Below are positions 20,614-30,725 of a DNA stretch of 46,657 nucleotides, in pieces. How positions within the stretch are numbered: the stretch's first letter is position 1; the number at the start of each line of letters is the position of its first letter. The notes beneath the pieces were generated by a model that was not told where the DNA came from, made no database searches, and was given only the letters and a program-made list of their open reading frames with translations. The position numbers and the translations under genes are program-made. The DNA lies in contig CAVPTY010000002.1 of assembly GCA_963708655.1 (NCBI GenBank), positions 1 to 46,657 of the forward strand, in the 5' to 3' direction. This DNA comes from an uncultured beta proteobacterium. Lineage in GTDB: Bacteria > Pseudomonadota > Gammaproteobacteria > Burkholderiales > Burkholderiaceae_C.

Positions 20614-21807
20614 TCAGGCCGCCGCCCGCCGCTGCAGGATTTCGAAGGCCGGCAGGGTCTTGCCCTCGAGCACTTCGAGGAACGCACCGCCGCCGGTGGA
20701 GATGTAGCCGATCTGCCGTTCGATGCCGTATTTGGCGATCGCGGCGAGCGTGTCGCCGCCGCCGGCGATGCTGAACGCGCTGGAGGCGGCGATGGCGCGG
20801 GCGATCGTCTCGGTGCCCTTGGCGAAGGCATCGAACTCGAACACGCCGACCGGGCCGTTCCAGACGATGGTGCCGGCCGCCTTCAACTGCTGGGCGAGGC
20901 GCTCGGCCGTCTTCGGCCCGATGTCCAGGATCAGGTCGTCGTCCGCCACTTCGGTGGCGGCCTTCACGGTGGCCGGCGCGTCGGCGGCGAAGGTCTTGGC
21001 GGTCACCACGTCGACCGGGATCGGCACCTCGGCGCCGCGCGATTTCATGGCGTCGATCACGGCCGCCGCGTCGGCCACCAGGTCCGCCTCGGCCAGCGAC
21101 TTGCCGATCTTCAGGCCCGCCGCGAGCATGAACGTGTTGGCGATGCCGCCGCCGACGATCAACTGGTCCACGTTGCGCGCCAGTGACTTGAGGATCGTGA
21201 GCTTGGTGGAGACCTTCGACCCGGCGACGATCGCGACCAGTGGCCGCTTCGGGTTGGCCAGCGCCTTGCCGATCGCGTCGATCTCGGCCGCCAGCAGCGG
21301 CCCGGCGCAGGCGATCTTCGCGTGCTCGGCGATGCCGTAGGTGGAGGCTTCGGCGCGATGCGCGGTGCCGAAGGCATCGTGCACGAAGATGTCGCACAGC
21401 GCGGCCATCTTCTTCGCCAGCTCCGGGTTGTTCTTCTTCTCGCCCTTGTTCAGCCGGCAGTTCTCGAGCAGCACGACCTGGCCCGGCTGGACCGAAACGC
21501 CGTCGACCCAGTCGCGCACCAGCGGCACCTCGCGCCCGAGCAACTCACCCAGGCGCTGCGCGACCGGCGCCAGCGAATCCTCGGGCTTGAACTCGCCTTC
21601 CGTCGGCCGGCCCAGGTGGGAGGTCACCATCACGGCGGCGCCGGCCTCCAGCGCCATCCGGATGGCCGGCACCGAGGCGCGGATGCGGGTGTCCTCGGTG
21701 ATGCGGCCCGCATCGTCCTGCGGCACGTTGAGGTCGGCGCGGATGAAGACGCGTTGCCCGGCAACCTTGCCCTGGGCACAGAGATCGGAAAAGCGCAGCA
21801 CATGCAT
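20614..21807 (-). CDS. pgk: Phosphoglycerate kinase
   Basis: [30 protein letters not shown] and STGGGA motifs; TAGAAT -10-like element at 21839-21844. Confidence 0.96.
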   Translation of the reverse strand: MHVLRFSDLCAQGKVAGQRVFIRADLNVPQDDAGRITEDTRIRASVPAIRMALEAGAAVMVTSHLGRPTEGEFKPEDSLAPVAQRLGELLGREVPLVRDWVDGVSVQPGQVVLLENCRLNKGEKKNNPELAKKMAALCDIFVHDAFGTAHRAEASTYGIAEHAKIACAGPLLAAEIDAIGKALANPKRPLVAIVAGSKVSTKLTILKSLARNVDQLIVGGGIANTFMLAAGLKIGKSLAEADLVADAAAVIDAMKSRGAEVPIPVDVVTAKTFAADAPATVKAATEVADDDLILDIGPKTAERLAQQLKAAGTIVWNGPVGVFEFDAFAKGTETIARAIAASSAFSIAGGGDTLAAIAKYGIERQIGYISTGGGAFLEVLEGKTLPAFEILQRRAAA

Positions 21808-21882
21808 GGCAGGTCTTTGGCTCCGGCGAAAACTCCACATTCTAGGGAGGCCCGCTGCGGTCGAGTTGCGGTTCGAACGTGT

Positions 21883-22221
21883 CTACCAGCCCAGGCCGAG
21901 GTGCAGCGGCAGGTACACGGCCATCCCACCGACGATGGTGAGCAGCACGCTGGGCCGCCAGAAGTACAGCGCCGCCCCCGCCAGCGCGCCGAACAGGCGC
22001 GCGTCCTGCCAGGTCGCGATCACCTGGCCATGCTGCATCACGACCTCGGGCGCGACGACGCCGGCGAGCGCCGCGACCGGGGCGTAGTGCAGCGCGCGAT
22101 GGGCCCACCCCGGCATGGTCCAGGGGCGCTCGAGGATGAAGAAGAAGCAGCGGGTGAGCACCGTCACGCCGGCCAGGCCGGCAATCGCCGCCAGCGTCCA
22201 CCAGTCGGTCTGGGCGTTCAT
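21883..22221 (-). CDS. azlD: AzlD-family small membrane protein
   Basis: 112 aa hydrophobic, ALHYAPVAALAG; ATGA overlap with azlC. Confidence 0.8.
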   Translation of the reverse strand: MNAQTDWWTLAAIAGLAGVTVLTRCFFFILERPWTMPGWAHRALHYAPVAALAGVVAPEVVMQHGQVIATWQDARLFGALAGAALYFWRPSVLLTIVGGMAVYLPLHLGLGW

Positions 22222-22952
22222 GCCAGCCGGCTCCAGGCGCGCGGCAGGCGGTGCTCCAGCCAGACCCCGGCCAGCACCGCCGCCGCGATCGCGACCACGA
22301 TGTTGAGCTTGAGCGGGAATGCGTAGGCAGCGACGGCGGCCGCGCCGGCGACCACCGCCGCCATCAGGCGCGCCGGCGTGCTGGCCAGCGAACAGAGGAT
22401 GCCGATCAGACACAGCACGCCGGCGAACCCCAGCCCCCACTCGCTGGGGATCAGGTTGGCCAGCACGATCCCGATGACGCTGGTGCCCATCCAGCTGCAC
22501 CAGGTGACGCCGTAGTTGCCGGCCAGGTAGGCTTCCTGCTCGTGCCGCTGCTGCGGCGTCGCGCCCGGCGTGGGGAACTGCCGCGTGAACAGCGCATAGC
22601 TGAGGTCGGCCGTGAAATAGCCGTTGACCAGCCGCCGCCAGCGCGGCAGGTGCATCAGGTACGGCCGCAGGTGCAGGCTGAACACCACGAAGCGCAGGTT
22701 GACGCAGAAGCCGGTGGCCAGGATGACCCAGATCGGCGCCCCCGCCACGATGAGCGGGATTGCCGCCAATTGCGAACTGCCGGCATACACCAGAAAGGTC
22801 ATGGCCAGCGCTTCGAACACGCTCATCCCGGACTTGACCATCGCCACGCCGGTCATCAGGCCCCAGGCGGATATGCCGGCCGCGAGCGGCGCCATGTCGC
22901 GAGCGCCGGCGCGAAAGGCCGGGTGCCGGAAGCTCGAAGGCAGGAAGAACAC
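22218..22952 (-). CDS. azlC: AzlC-family branched-chain amino acid exporter permease
   Basis: VYAGSSQLA and VNLRF motifs, multiple TM segments; GTG start overlaps the fmt stop. Confidence 0.85.
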   Translation of the reverse strand: MFFLPSSFRHPAFRAGARDMAPLAAGISAWGLMTGVAMVKSGMSVFEALAMTFLVYAGSSQLAAIPLIVAGAPIWVILATGFCVNLRFVVFSLHLRPYLMHLPRWRRLVNGYFTADLSYALFTRQFPTPGATPQQRHEQEAYLAGNYGVTWCSWMGTSVIGIVLANLIPSEWGLGFAGVLCLIGILCSLASTPARLMAAVVAGAAAVAAYAFPLKLNIVVAIAAAVLAGVWLEHRLPRAWSRLA

Positions 22953-23923
22953 TACCGGACCGGTTGCAGCACGGCGCCGGACGCAACGGGGAAGCCGCGC
23001 AGGAAGTCGGCCGCCGGCAGGCGCTTGCCGCCGGCGCGCTGCAGCTCGGTGCAGCGCAGCGCGCCGCGGCCGCAGGCGACGACGATGCCGGCGCCATCGG
23101 CCGCCAGGACGGTGCCGGGCTGCGCGCGGACGGCGGCAGGTTCGACCCGGCAGCGCCACACCTTCACCGGCTCACCGGCGATCAGCGCCGTGGCCCCGGG
23201 GAACGGGTCGAAGGCGCGGACGCGCCGGGCAATGGCGTCGGCCGGCTGCGTCCAGTCGATGGCCGCTTCGGCTTTTTCGATCTTGTGCGCGTAGGTCACG
23301 CCCTCGACGGGTTGCGGCAACGGCTGCAGGCCGCCGCAAGCCGCCAGCTCGACCGCCTCGACGATCATGCGCGCACCGAGCGCGGCCAGCTTGTCGTGCA
23401 GCGATGCGCTGGTGTCGTCGGCCGCGATCGGCAGGCGCTCGACCAGCAGCATGTCGCCGGTGTCCAGCCCGGCGTCCATCTGCATGATGGTGATGCCGGT
23501 CTCGGCGTCACCCGCTTCGATCGCGCGCTGGATCGGCGCCGCGCCGCGCCACCGCGGCAGCAGCGACGCATGGATGTTGAGGCAGCCCAGGCGGGGCAGC
23601 TGCAGCACCCACTGCGGCAGGATCAGCCCGTAGGCCGCCACCACCATCAGGTCCGGGCGCGCCGATTCGAGCGCGGCGCGCGCCGCCAGCGCATCGTCGG
23701 CGTACTTGCCGTCCAGCCGCAGGCTGCGCGGCTGCGCCACGGGAATGCCGTGGTCGACGGCGAAGCGCTTGACGGGCGAGGCCTGCAGCTTCATCCCGCG
23801 GCCGGCCGGCCGATCGGGCTGCGACAGCACCAGCGCAATGGCGACCCCGCTCGCGTGCAGCCGCTCCAGGCCCGCGCGGGCGAACTCCGGGGTGCCGGCG
23901 AAGACGACCCGGACCGGATTCAA
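22952..23923 (-). CDS. fmt: Methionyl-tRNA formyltransferase
   Basis: [40 protein letters not shown] and GLDTGD motifs. Confidence 0.96.
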   Translation of the reverse strand: MNPVRVVFAGTPEFARAGLERLHASGVAIALVLSQPDRPAGRGMKLQASPVKRFAVDHGIPVAQPRSLRLDGKYADDALAARAALESARPDLMVVAAYGLILPQWVLQLPRLGCLNIHASLLPRWRGAAPIQRAIEAGDAETGITIMQMDAGLDTGDMLLVERLPIAADDTSASLHDKLAALGARMIVEAVELAACGGLQPLPQPVEGVTYAHKIEKAEAAIDWTQPADAIARRVRAFDPFPGATALIAGEPVKVWRCRVEPAAVRAQPGTVLAADGAGIVVACGRGALRCTELQRAGGKRLPAADFLRGFPVASGAVLQPVR

Positions 23924-23933
23924 GTGGCGGCCT

Positions 23934-24419
23934 TCAGTCCCGGACAGGGTCATTGATGAATTCCATCCCCGGGTGGGCACGCCCCACGACGTTCCGATCG
24001 TCCAGGTAGACGAAGTAGAACATGTCGCCGTGGTCGCGATCCTTCCAGCGGTAGGTCATGATGGGGCCGTTCCAGCTGGTGACGCGCTCCACCCTCGCCG
24101 GCGGCCCGAACTCGCGTTCCACGTCCGCCCGGCTCCAGGTGCCCGGCTGGATCCGGTTGAACTCGTTGGCCGTCAGCACCTGCCGCGCCCGGACCACCTT
24201 GCCGCCCGGGTCCAGGTCGACCATCCAGGCGTACTGCCCGAGCGGCTGCAGCGAGTACTGGAGCCGCTCGCCGCCGTCCAGACGCACGACGCGCGTGGGC
24301 GGACCCATGCGCGCCAGCACGGCATCACGCGGGGTGCCGGGCTGGACGTCATAGCCGTGAAAAGGATTGGCGCAACCGGCTGCGAGCGCGGCGGCAGCAA
24401 GCCACAGGAATTTGTGCAT
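23934..24419 (-). CDS. Lipoprotein with two BamE/SmpA-like repeats
   Basis: Lipobox LAAGC; internal repeats [17 protein letters not shown] and [18 protein letters not shown]. Confidence 0.75.
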   Translation of the reverse strand: MHKFLWLAAAALAAGCANPFHGYDVQPGTPRDAVLARMGPPTRVVRLDGGERLQYSLQPLGQYAWMVDLDPGGKVVRARQVLTANEFNRIQPGTWSRADVEREFGPPARVERVTSWNGPIMTYRWKDRDHGDMFYFVYLDDRNVVGRAHPGMEFINDPVRD

Positions 24420-24437
24420 GGTTCTTGTCGCGCCGGT

Positions 24438-24950
24438 TCAGGCGCGCTCCGTTTCTCTTCTGGACTTGAGCATCTTGGCCTTGATGCGATTGCGTTTGAG
24501 CGGCGAGAGGTATTCGACGAAGACCTTGCCCAGCAGGTGGTCCATCTCGTGCTGGACGCACACCGCCAGCAGGCCTTCGGCCTCGATCACGCGCGAGGTG
24601 CCGTCGCGGTCCAGTGCCCGGACCTTGACCGCCGAGGAACGCTCGACGCCGTCGTAGATGCCCGGGACGGACAGGCAACCCTCGTCGTTGACCTGCTTTT
24701 CGGGGCTGGCCCAGGTGATCTCCGGATTGATCAGCACCACCGGCGCATTGCGCTCCGCCGACACGTCGATGACCACCACCCGCTGGTGCACGTCGACCTG
24801 GGTCGCGGCGAGGCCGATGCCGTTGGCGTCGTACATCGTTTCGAGCATGTCGTCGACCAGCGCGACGACGCGGTCTTCGACGGCGCGGACCGGCCTGGCC
24901 ACGGTATGCAGCCGAGGATCGGGATAACAGAGGATCGGAAGGAGGGCCAT
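24438..24950 (-). CDS. def: Peptide deformylase
   Basis: [13 protein letters not shown] and HEMDH motifs. Confidence 0.96.
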   Translation of the reverse strand: MALLPILCYPDPRLHTVARPVRAVEDRVVALVDDMLETMYDANGIGLAATQVDVHQRVVVIDVSAERNAPVVLINPEITWASPEKQVNDEGCLSVPGIYDGVERSSAVKVRALDRDGTSRVIEAEGLLAVCVQHEMDHLLGKVFVEYLSPLKRNRIKAKMLKSRRETERA

Positions 24951-25153
24951 GTGGAATCGGCGAAAGCTGGCGTATTTGAGCACCGGCGCGGCCGCCGGGT
25001 TCCTCGGTGCAGGTTGTCGCTATTTTCGCTACTTTCCCGGGACGGGGCCGGGGCCGGCGGCCATAAACGTTGCCCGATCAAGGGCTTGAGCGCAGAATCG
25101 CCAGTACTTTATCAAGAGAGACGGCCCCGGCTGCCAGGGCCGTCGCGGTCCTG

Positions 25154-26389
25154 ATGCACGAACACAGCCACCTCGAGACGACCCGTCGCCACACCGCACG
25201 CCGCAGCGCCGCCCTGTTGCCGGCCTGGCTGCTCCTGGCGGCGCTGGGCGCGCCGGCCGCGGCGCAGAACTTCCCGGTGACGCCGGCCCAGCGCGGCACC
25301 GCCGAGCAGGTCGCCGCAGCCGGCGTGCCGCTGGCGGAACTGGCGCCGGACGCGCCCGACACGTACACGGTCAAGCGCGGCGACACCTTGTGGGGCATCT
25401 CGGGGGTGTTCCTGGCACGCCCCTGGCGCTGGCCGGAGCTGTGGGGCATGAACCTGCAGGACATCCGCAACCCCCATCTGATCTATCCCGGCCAGCAACT
25501 GGTGCTGGAGCGGCGCGACGGCCGCGCGACCCTGCGCGTGCAGCAGGCGGCCGCCGGCGAAATGCCGACCGAAACCGTGAGGATGTCGCCGCGCGTGCGC
25601 ATCGAGCCGCTCTCCGGGTCGGCCGTGCCGGCGGTGCAGACTCACCTGATCGAGGCGTTCCTGTCCGAACCCATCATCGTGGACGAGGCGGCGCTCCTGC
25701 AGGCGCCGCGGATCGTTGCTGCGCCGGAGACGCGGGTGCTGATCACGCGAGGCGACCGGGCGTATGTCCGCGGCCCGACCCAGACCCCCTTGCAGCGCAC
25801 GGCGGGCGCGACCGAATACCGCGTGTTCCGCAACGCCCGTCCCATCAAGGACCCGGTGACCAGCGCCGTCCTCGGGTATGAGGCGCCCTACCTCGGCAAG
25901 GCCAGCCTGGTGCGTGGCGAGACGGTGCAGGCCGTGCGCACGTCCAGCGGCGCGCAACGGCCGATGCCGGTGCCGGCCACGATCGACATCGTTTCGGCCA
26001 AGGAGGAGATGCGGGTGGGCGACCGGCTGCTGCCGGAGCCGCCGCGCGTGTTCACCAGCTACGTGCCGCATGCGCCCGCCAGCGGCTTGGAAGGCACGAT
26101 CGTGTCGATCTACGGCGAAGCCGTCGCGATCGCCGGCCAGAGCCAGGTCGTCCTGATCAACAAGGGGATTGCGGACGGCGTCGAGAGCGGTCACGTGTTC
26201 GCGATCCTCAAGGCCGGTGACCGGCGCGTGGACCGCTCGCAACCGGGCGAGCGCACCAACATCAAGCTGCCGGACGAGCGCAACGGGCTGCTGATGGTGT
26301 TCCGGCCGTTCGAAAAGCTTTCCTACGCGCTGATCATGGAGATCAGCGACACCGTGCAGGTTGGCGACCGGATCGCCAGCCCGCAGTAG
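25154..26389 (+). CDS. tsaP: LysM peptidoglycan-binding protein, TsaP-like
   Basis: Signal peptide; LysM YTVKRGDTLWGIS...NPHLIYPGQ; position divergent from def and upstream of dprA. Symbol inferred from architecture and synteny. Confidence 0.75.
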   Translation: MHEHSHLETTRRHTARRSAALLPAWLLLAALGAPAAAQNFPVTPAQRGTAEQVAAAGVPLAELAPDAPDTYTVKRGDTLWGISGVFLARPWRWPELWGMNLQDIRNPHLIYPGQQLVLERRDGRATLRVQQAAAGEMPTETVRMSPRVRIEPLSGSAVPAVQTHLIEAFLSEPIIVDEAALLQAPRIVAAPETRVLITRGDRAYVRGPTQTPLQRTAGATEYRVFRNARPIKDPVTSAVLGYEAPYLGKASLVRGETVQAVRTSSGAQRPMPVPATIDIVSAKEEMRVGDRLLPEPPRVFTSYVPHAPASGLEGTIVSIYGEAVAIAGQSQVVLINKGIADGVESGHVFAILKAGDRRVDRSQPGERTNIKLPDERNGLLMVFRPFEKLSYALIMEISDTVQVGDRIASPQ

Positions 26390-26402
26390 CCGCCGCGCCG
26401 CC

Positions 26403-27518
26403 ATGGAGCGCGAGGAGCTGGCCGCCTGGCTGCGGCTGGCGCTGACGCCGGGCGTGGGCGACCTGGTCGCGCGGCGCCTGCTCGCCGCCTTCGGGCTTCC
26501 TGGCGCCATCTTCGGGCAACCTGCGGCCGCGCTGCGGCAACTCGCCACCGACGCCCAAGCGCGGGCCCTGGCCGCCGAGCCGCCGCAGCTGGCCACCCAG
26601 CTGGATGCCACGTGGGCCTGGCTGCAGGAGAGCGCTGCGCCACCACGGCACATCCTCACCCTCGCCGACGCCGCCTACCCGGCGGCGCTGCTCCAGACCG
26701 AGGACCCGCCGCTGATGCTGTACGTGACCGGCGCAGTGCCGGCCACGTGGCCGCGGGCCGTCGCCGTGGTCGGCAGCCGCAATCCCACGCCCCAGGGCCT
26801 CTCGAACGCCCGTCGTCTCGGCCGCAGCCTGGCCGAAGCAGGGCTGACCGTGGTGTCCGGGCTGGCGCTGGGCATCGACGGCGCGGCCCATGGAGGAGCC
26901 CTGGAGGGCGCGGCGCCGGACCGGCTCGCCACCATCGCCGTCGTCGGGACCGGAGTGGACCGGGTCTACCCGCGGCAGCACCTGGCACTGGCGCACGACA
27001 TCGCACGGCGCGGCCTGCTGGTGAGCGAGTACCCGCTCGGCACCCCGCCGCTGCCGGCGAACTTCCCGAGGCGCAACCGCATCATCGCGGCGCTCAGCGA
27101 GGGCACGGTGGTGGTGGAGGCGGCGCTGCGCTCGGGCTCCCTGATCACCGCGCGGTTGGCCGCGGAACAGGGCAAGGAGGTCTTCGCCATTCCGGGCTCG
27201 ATCCACTCGCCACAGGCGCGCGGCTGCCACGCACTCCTGAAGCAGGGGGCGAAGCTGGTCGAAACCGCGCAGGACGTGCTGGAAGAACTGAGCGGCGCGC
27301 CCGCGGCAGCGGCGCTGCCCGGCGAGCCTGCTGCCGGTAGCGGCCGCGAGGACGAAGTGCTGGCGGCGCTGGGCTTCGACCCGGTGACCCTGGACGCGCT
27401 CGTCGCGCGCACCGGCATCGCGCCGTCCGTGCTGCAGGCACGACTGCTGGAGCACGAACTGGCCGGCGTCGTGGCGCGGCTGCCGGGCGGGCTGTTCCAG
27501 CGCGTGGGCAGCGCGTGA
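26403..27518 (+). CDS. dprA: DNA-processing protein DprA
   Basis: AVVGSR, VSGLALGID, FPRRNRII, SGSLITA and PGSIHSP motifs. Confidence 0.95.
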   Translation: MEREELAAWLRLALTPGVGDLVARRLLAAFGLPGAIFGQPAAALRQLATDAQARALAAEPPQLATQLDATWAWLQESAAPPRHILTLADAAYPAALLQTEDPPLMLYVTGAVPATWPRAVAVVGSRNPTPQGLSNARRLGRSLAEAGLTVVSGLALGIDGAAHGGALEGAAPDRLATIAVVGTGVDRVYPRQHLALAHDIARRGLLVSEYPLGTPPLPANFPRRNRIIAALSEGTVVVEAALRSGSLITARLAAEQGKEVFAIPGSIHSPQARGCHALLKQGAKLVETAQDVLEELSGAPAAAALPGEPAAGSGREDEVLAALGFDPVTLDALVARTGIAPSVLQARLLEHELAGVVARLPGGLFQRVGSA

Positions 27519-27591
27519 CCCTGAGGTCGCAGCGCAACACTCTTGGCATGGTGTTTACCGATGGGGTCGAGGTTCTGGGCTATATTGGGGC

Positions 27592-28092
27592 ATGTTTGAA
27601 GTGCTCGTTTTCGTCTACGAACACTACTGGCGCGGCGACGCGTGCCCCGAATTGCCGCAACTCGAACGGCGGCTCAGTGCGCACGGGTTCGAACCGACCG
27701 AAATCCACGAGGCCCTGGTCTGGCTGGGCGGCCTGCATCTCGCGGCGCAGAGCACTTGCCTTGCCGATGCGGACGTGGAGCCGCTGGCCGATGCCCCCGA
27801 CGCCGGGCGTGCGCAGTCGACCAGCAGCATGCGCATCTACTCGGTCGCCGAACAGGACCACCTGGGCGCGCAGTGCCTCGGGTTCATTTCGTTCCTGGAA
27901 TCGTCCGGCGTGCTGCCGTCGGCCATGCGGGAGATCGTGGTCGATCGCGCGATGGCGGCGCCCGGCGACCCGGTCGCCCTCGACGACCTCAAGATCATCG
28001 TCCTGATGGTGTACTGGAGCTTCGGGCAAGAGCCCGACGCGCTGGTGCTGGACGAGCTCTGCGACGACAGCGACAACCGCCTGGCGCACTGA
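27592..28092 (+). CDS. smg: Smg/DUF494 family protein
   Basis: MFEVLVFVYE N-terminus, GF...EI..AL.WL, MRIYS; follows dprA. Confidence 0.88.
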   Translation: MFEVLVFVYEHYWRGDACPELPQLERRLSAHGFEPTEIHEALVWLGGLHLAAQSTCLADADVEPLADAPDAGRAQSTSSMRIYSVAEQDHLGAQCLGFISFLESSGVLPSAMREIVVDRAMAAPGDPVALDDLKIIVLMVYWSFGQEPDALVLDELCDDSDNRLAH

Positions 28093-28121
28093 GCGCGCTT
28101 GCCGGCGCGCAGCCGGCGACC

Positions 28122-30716
28122 TTACTGCAGCAGCCGTTCCGGATTCGCGTCGAGCTTGGCGAGCGCCTCGCGCGTCGCCCGGACGGTGAGTGCTTCTTCC
28201 TCGGCCGGCAGCAGCAGCCCGGCCTGCAGGTAGGCGGCCAGCCGCTTGGCCTGGATCAGGTAGCTGCGGCCATCGGGCGCCGCGAACAGGTGCAGCTGTC
28301 CACGGTCGCTGCGCCATGCGTACTGCACCTGCCTGGTCGCCCCGTTGTGATCCAGCGAGAACCAGTGGCCCAGTTGCAGTTCCGCGGCCCAGGCCAGCAT
28401 GGCCGAACTCGGCTTGGAGCCGCCGTCGGCGACGACTTCGATCATCGAGGCGTCGATGCCGAGCATCAGCTCGATGCTCTCCGCGTCCAGCGGCAGTTCG
28501 GTGCTGGAGTCCGCCGTCATGACGAAATCCTCCAGGTGCGCCAGCCGTTCGGCCATGTCCTCGATGCGCTCGCGCGGAATGGCCTCGGTCTTGAGCAGGA
28601 AGGCGTCGGCCAGGATGTCGCCGATCAACTTGATCTGTGACTCCTGCTCGGGGCCTTCCATGCCGATCAGGGACATGCCGTGCCGCAGCCGCTGCAGCAG
28701 CCGCGGCAGGTCCTGGATCACCCGCGCCCGCTCGGCCCGGTTGGGCTTGGCGCTGGCGGCCCAGACCAGCTCGGACGCACATTTCTTGAGCGCCAGCGTG
28801 TCCTCGTGCTGCGCGCCGTGCTTGACCGCGGCGAGCGCCAGCACCTCCGCCCACACCTTGAACAGGAATTCGCGAATTTCCTCGCGCACCGGCATTTCGG
28901 CCAGCATCGTGCGCAACTCGATCGTGTACTGCACCGCCAGCGTTTCCTTCTGCTCGACCTGCTGCGCCACCGTCACGAGGCGCTGCGTCGGCCCCTTCTC
29001 GGTCAGGAAGCGGGAGAGGAACTGCAGGAATTCGTCGTAGACCAGCTGGAACACCCGGCGGCCGGTCTCGGGATACTGCTCGATCACCTGCACCACCCGC
29101 TTGATCTCGATCTCGAGGGCGCTGCCGCTGATGTCGGTGGCGTTGAAGCCGAGTACGCAAGAGCCCATCCGATCGATCAGCTGGCGCGCCGGATGCTCGA
29201 GGGAACCGAAGAACTCGGGCTCGGCGATGGCGACCCGCAGCACCGGCATCTGCAGCCGCGCGAACCAGACCCGGATGGCCGGAGGAATGCGTTCTTCGGC
29301 CAGGATGCTCTGGAACATCAATGCGACGATCTCGATGATCGCCTTTTCGGTCTGGGTGCCGGCCTTCTTCTTCAGCTCGCCGGTGCGCCGCCGCAGGTCG
29401 CCCGCCACCTGCCGCACCGCGGCGTCGTCGTACACGATGCCGCTGGTGTCGATGCCGGCGCGCACCTGCTGCTGCGTGTCGCGCTGCGTCGCCTGCTCGT
29501 GCGCGATGGCATCGGCCAGCGCCGGCGAAGGAGTCGTGCCCGCGCCACCTTCGAAGCCCACCCGCTCCCTGAGAAAGCGTTTCAGCTGACCCAGCACGCC
29601 GGCGCCGCGCATCACCTGGCCGCGCAGGTCGGGGCGCGAGGTCATCATCCGGGTTTCGTCGGCCACCCCGCCGCGCGCACCGGGTGGGTGTCCCGCTCCC
29701 GGCTCATGCTGGCCGGCGTACCAGCCATCCTGCGCGGGGCCGGAGCCGTATTGGCCGGCCCCCTGACCATGGCCGCCCTCGTACCTGCCCCCCTGCCCAC
29801 CGCGGGAGGCCTGTTGGCCCTGGCCCCCTTGGGAGTGGCTTGCGCCCTGGTAGCCGCCGCCCTGGTACCCGCCCTGACCGCCACCCGGGTAGCCGCCTTG
29901 ATTGCCGCCCTGGTAGCCGCCCTGGTAGCCGCCCTGGTAACCGCCTTGGTAGCCACCGTCATAGCCCTGGTAACCGCCGGCGGCACCCTGCCCGTCGTAC
30001 GGCTGCTCGGGCTGGTCGTAACCCTGCGGTTCGCCGTCCGGGCGCCGCGCGCCAGGGGCGGGCGCGGCCCGCTTCACCCGCCGGCTGAGGTCGATGTCCC
30101 GCAGCACGCCCTTGTTGATCAGGTACTCGTTGGCGGCCTTGTACCCCTTGAGCAACTGTTCGGCGAGGCCGGCCTGGACGATGTCATGCACCATCGTCCA
30201 TTGCTCGCGGGTGAGTCCAGACTTGTCCCACTGCTCCACGACGATCTGCGTCAGCGACTCGGGGCGCAGCACGTCCGCCCCCTCGAGCGCGCCGTCGCCC
30301 TCCAGATGCTGCATCCGAACGCGCAGGTCGTTGAGCTCCCAGGACGACTTCTCGCGGATCGCGAGCGCCAGCCGCGACGCCAGGATCTTGCGCTCCACCA
30401 CTTCGTCGCCGATCAGCTCGAGGCTCACCGGCTCCATGCGCGTGCGTCCGGTGCTGGCCGGCGGCGCGATCGCCTTGCGCCATTCGGTGCCCGTGCCGCG
30501 CACCCAGTCCGGGCCCTTGCGCTCGACCTCGATCAGCGCGTCCCGCAACTCGTACATTTCCCTGGCATTGAGCGTGTTCTCGGCCAGTTCCGCCAAGCGG
30601 GCATGGATCGCCTGCAGCATCGGCGGCAGCGCCGCCTCGATGTGCGCCACGAACTGCTCGCGCACACGCCGGGCCAGGGCCGAGGCGGACTCGCGGGCTG
30701 GACGCTGTGTGCTCAA
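28122..30716 (-). CDS. DUF1631-like large helical protein with a G/Y/Q-rich low-complexity insert
   Basis: IVALMFQSIL, RLQMPVLRVA, HPARQLIDR and C-terminal LQLGHWF patterns recalled for this family; TTG start uncertain. Confidence 0.7.
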   Translation of the reverse strand: MSTQRPARESASALARRVREQFVAHIEAALPPMLQAIHARLAELAENTLNAREMYELRDALIEVERKGPDWVRGTGTEWRKAIAPPASTGRTRMEPVSLELIGDEVVERKILASRLALAIREKSSWELNDLRVRMQHLEGDGALEGADVLRPESLTQIVVEQWDKSGLTREQWTMVHDIVQAGLAEQLLKGYKAANEYLINKGVLRDIDLSRRVKRAAPAPGARRPDGEPQGYDQPEQPYDGQGAAGGYQGYDGGYQGGYQGGYQGGYQGGNQGGYPGGGQGGYQGGGYQGASHSQGGQGQQASRGGQGGRYEGGHGQGAGQYGSGPAQDGWYAGQHEPGAGHPPGARGGVADETRMMTSRPDLRGQVMRGAGVLGQLKRFLRERVGFEGGAGTTPSPALADAIAHEQATQRDTQQQVRAGIDTSGIVYDDAAVRQVAGDLRRRTGELKKKAGTQTEKAIIEIVALMFQSILAEERIPPAIRVWFARLQMPVLRVAIAEPEFFGSLEHPARQLIDRMGSCVLGFNATDISGSALEIEIKRVVQVIEQYPETGRRVFQLVYDEFLQFLSRFLTEKGPTQRLVTVAQQVEQKETLAVQYTIELRTMLAEMPVREEIREFLFKVWAEVLALAAVKHGAQHEDTLALKKCASELVWAASAKPNRAERARVIQDLPRLLQRLRHGMSLIGMEGPEQESQIKLIGDILADAFLLKTEAIPRERIEDMAERLAHLEDFVMTADSSTELPLDAESIELMLGIDASMIEVVADGGSKPSSAMLAWAAELQLGHWFSLDHNGATRQVQYAWRSDRGQLHLFAAPDGRSYLIQAKRLAAYLQAGLLLPAEEEALTVRATREALAKLDANPERLLQ
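29845..29978 (-). repeat. Imperfect 12-nt tandem repeat encoding (GGYQ)n
   Basis: Repeated GCCGCCCTGGTA-like units on the + strand. Confidence 0.85.
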
Positions 30717-30725
30717 GGGCGGCCC

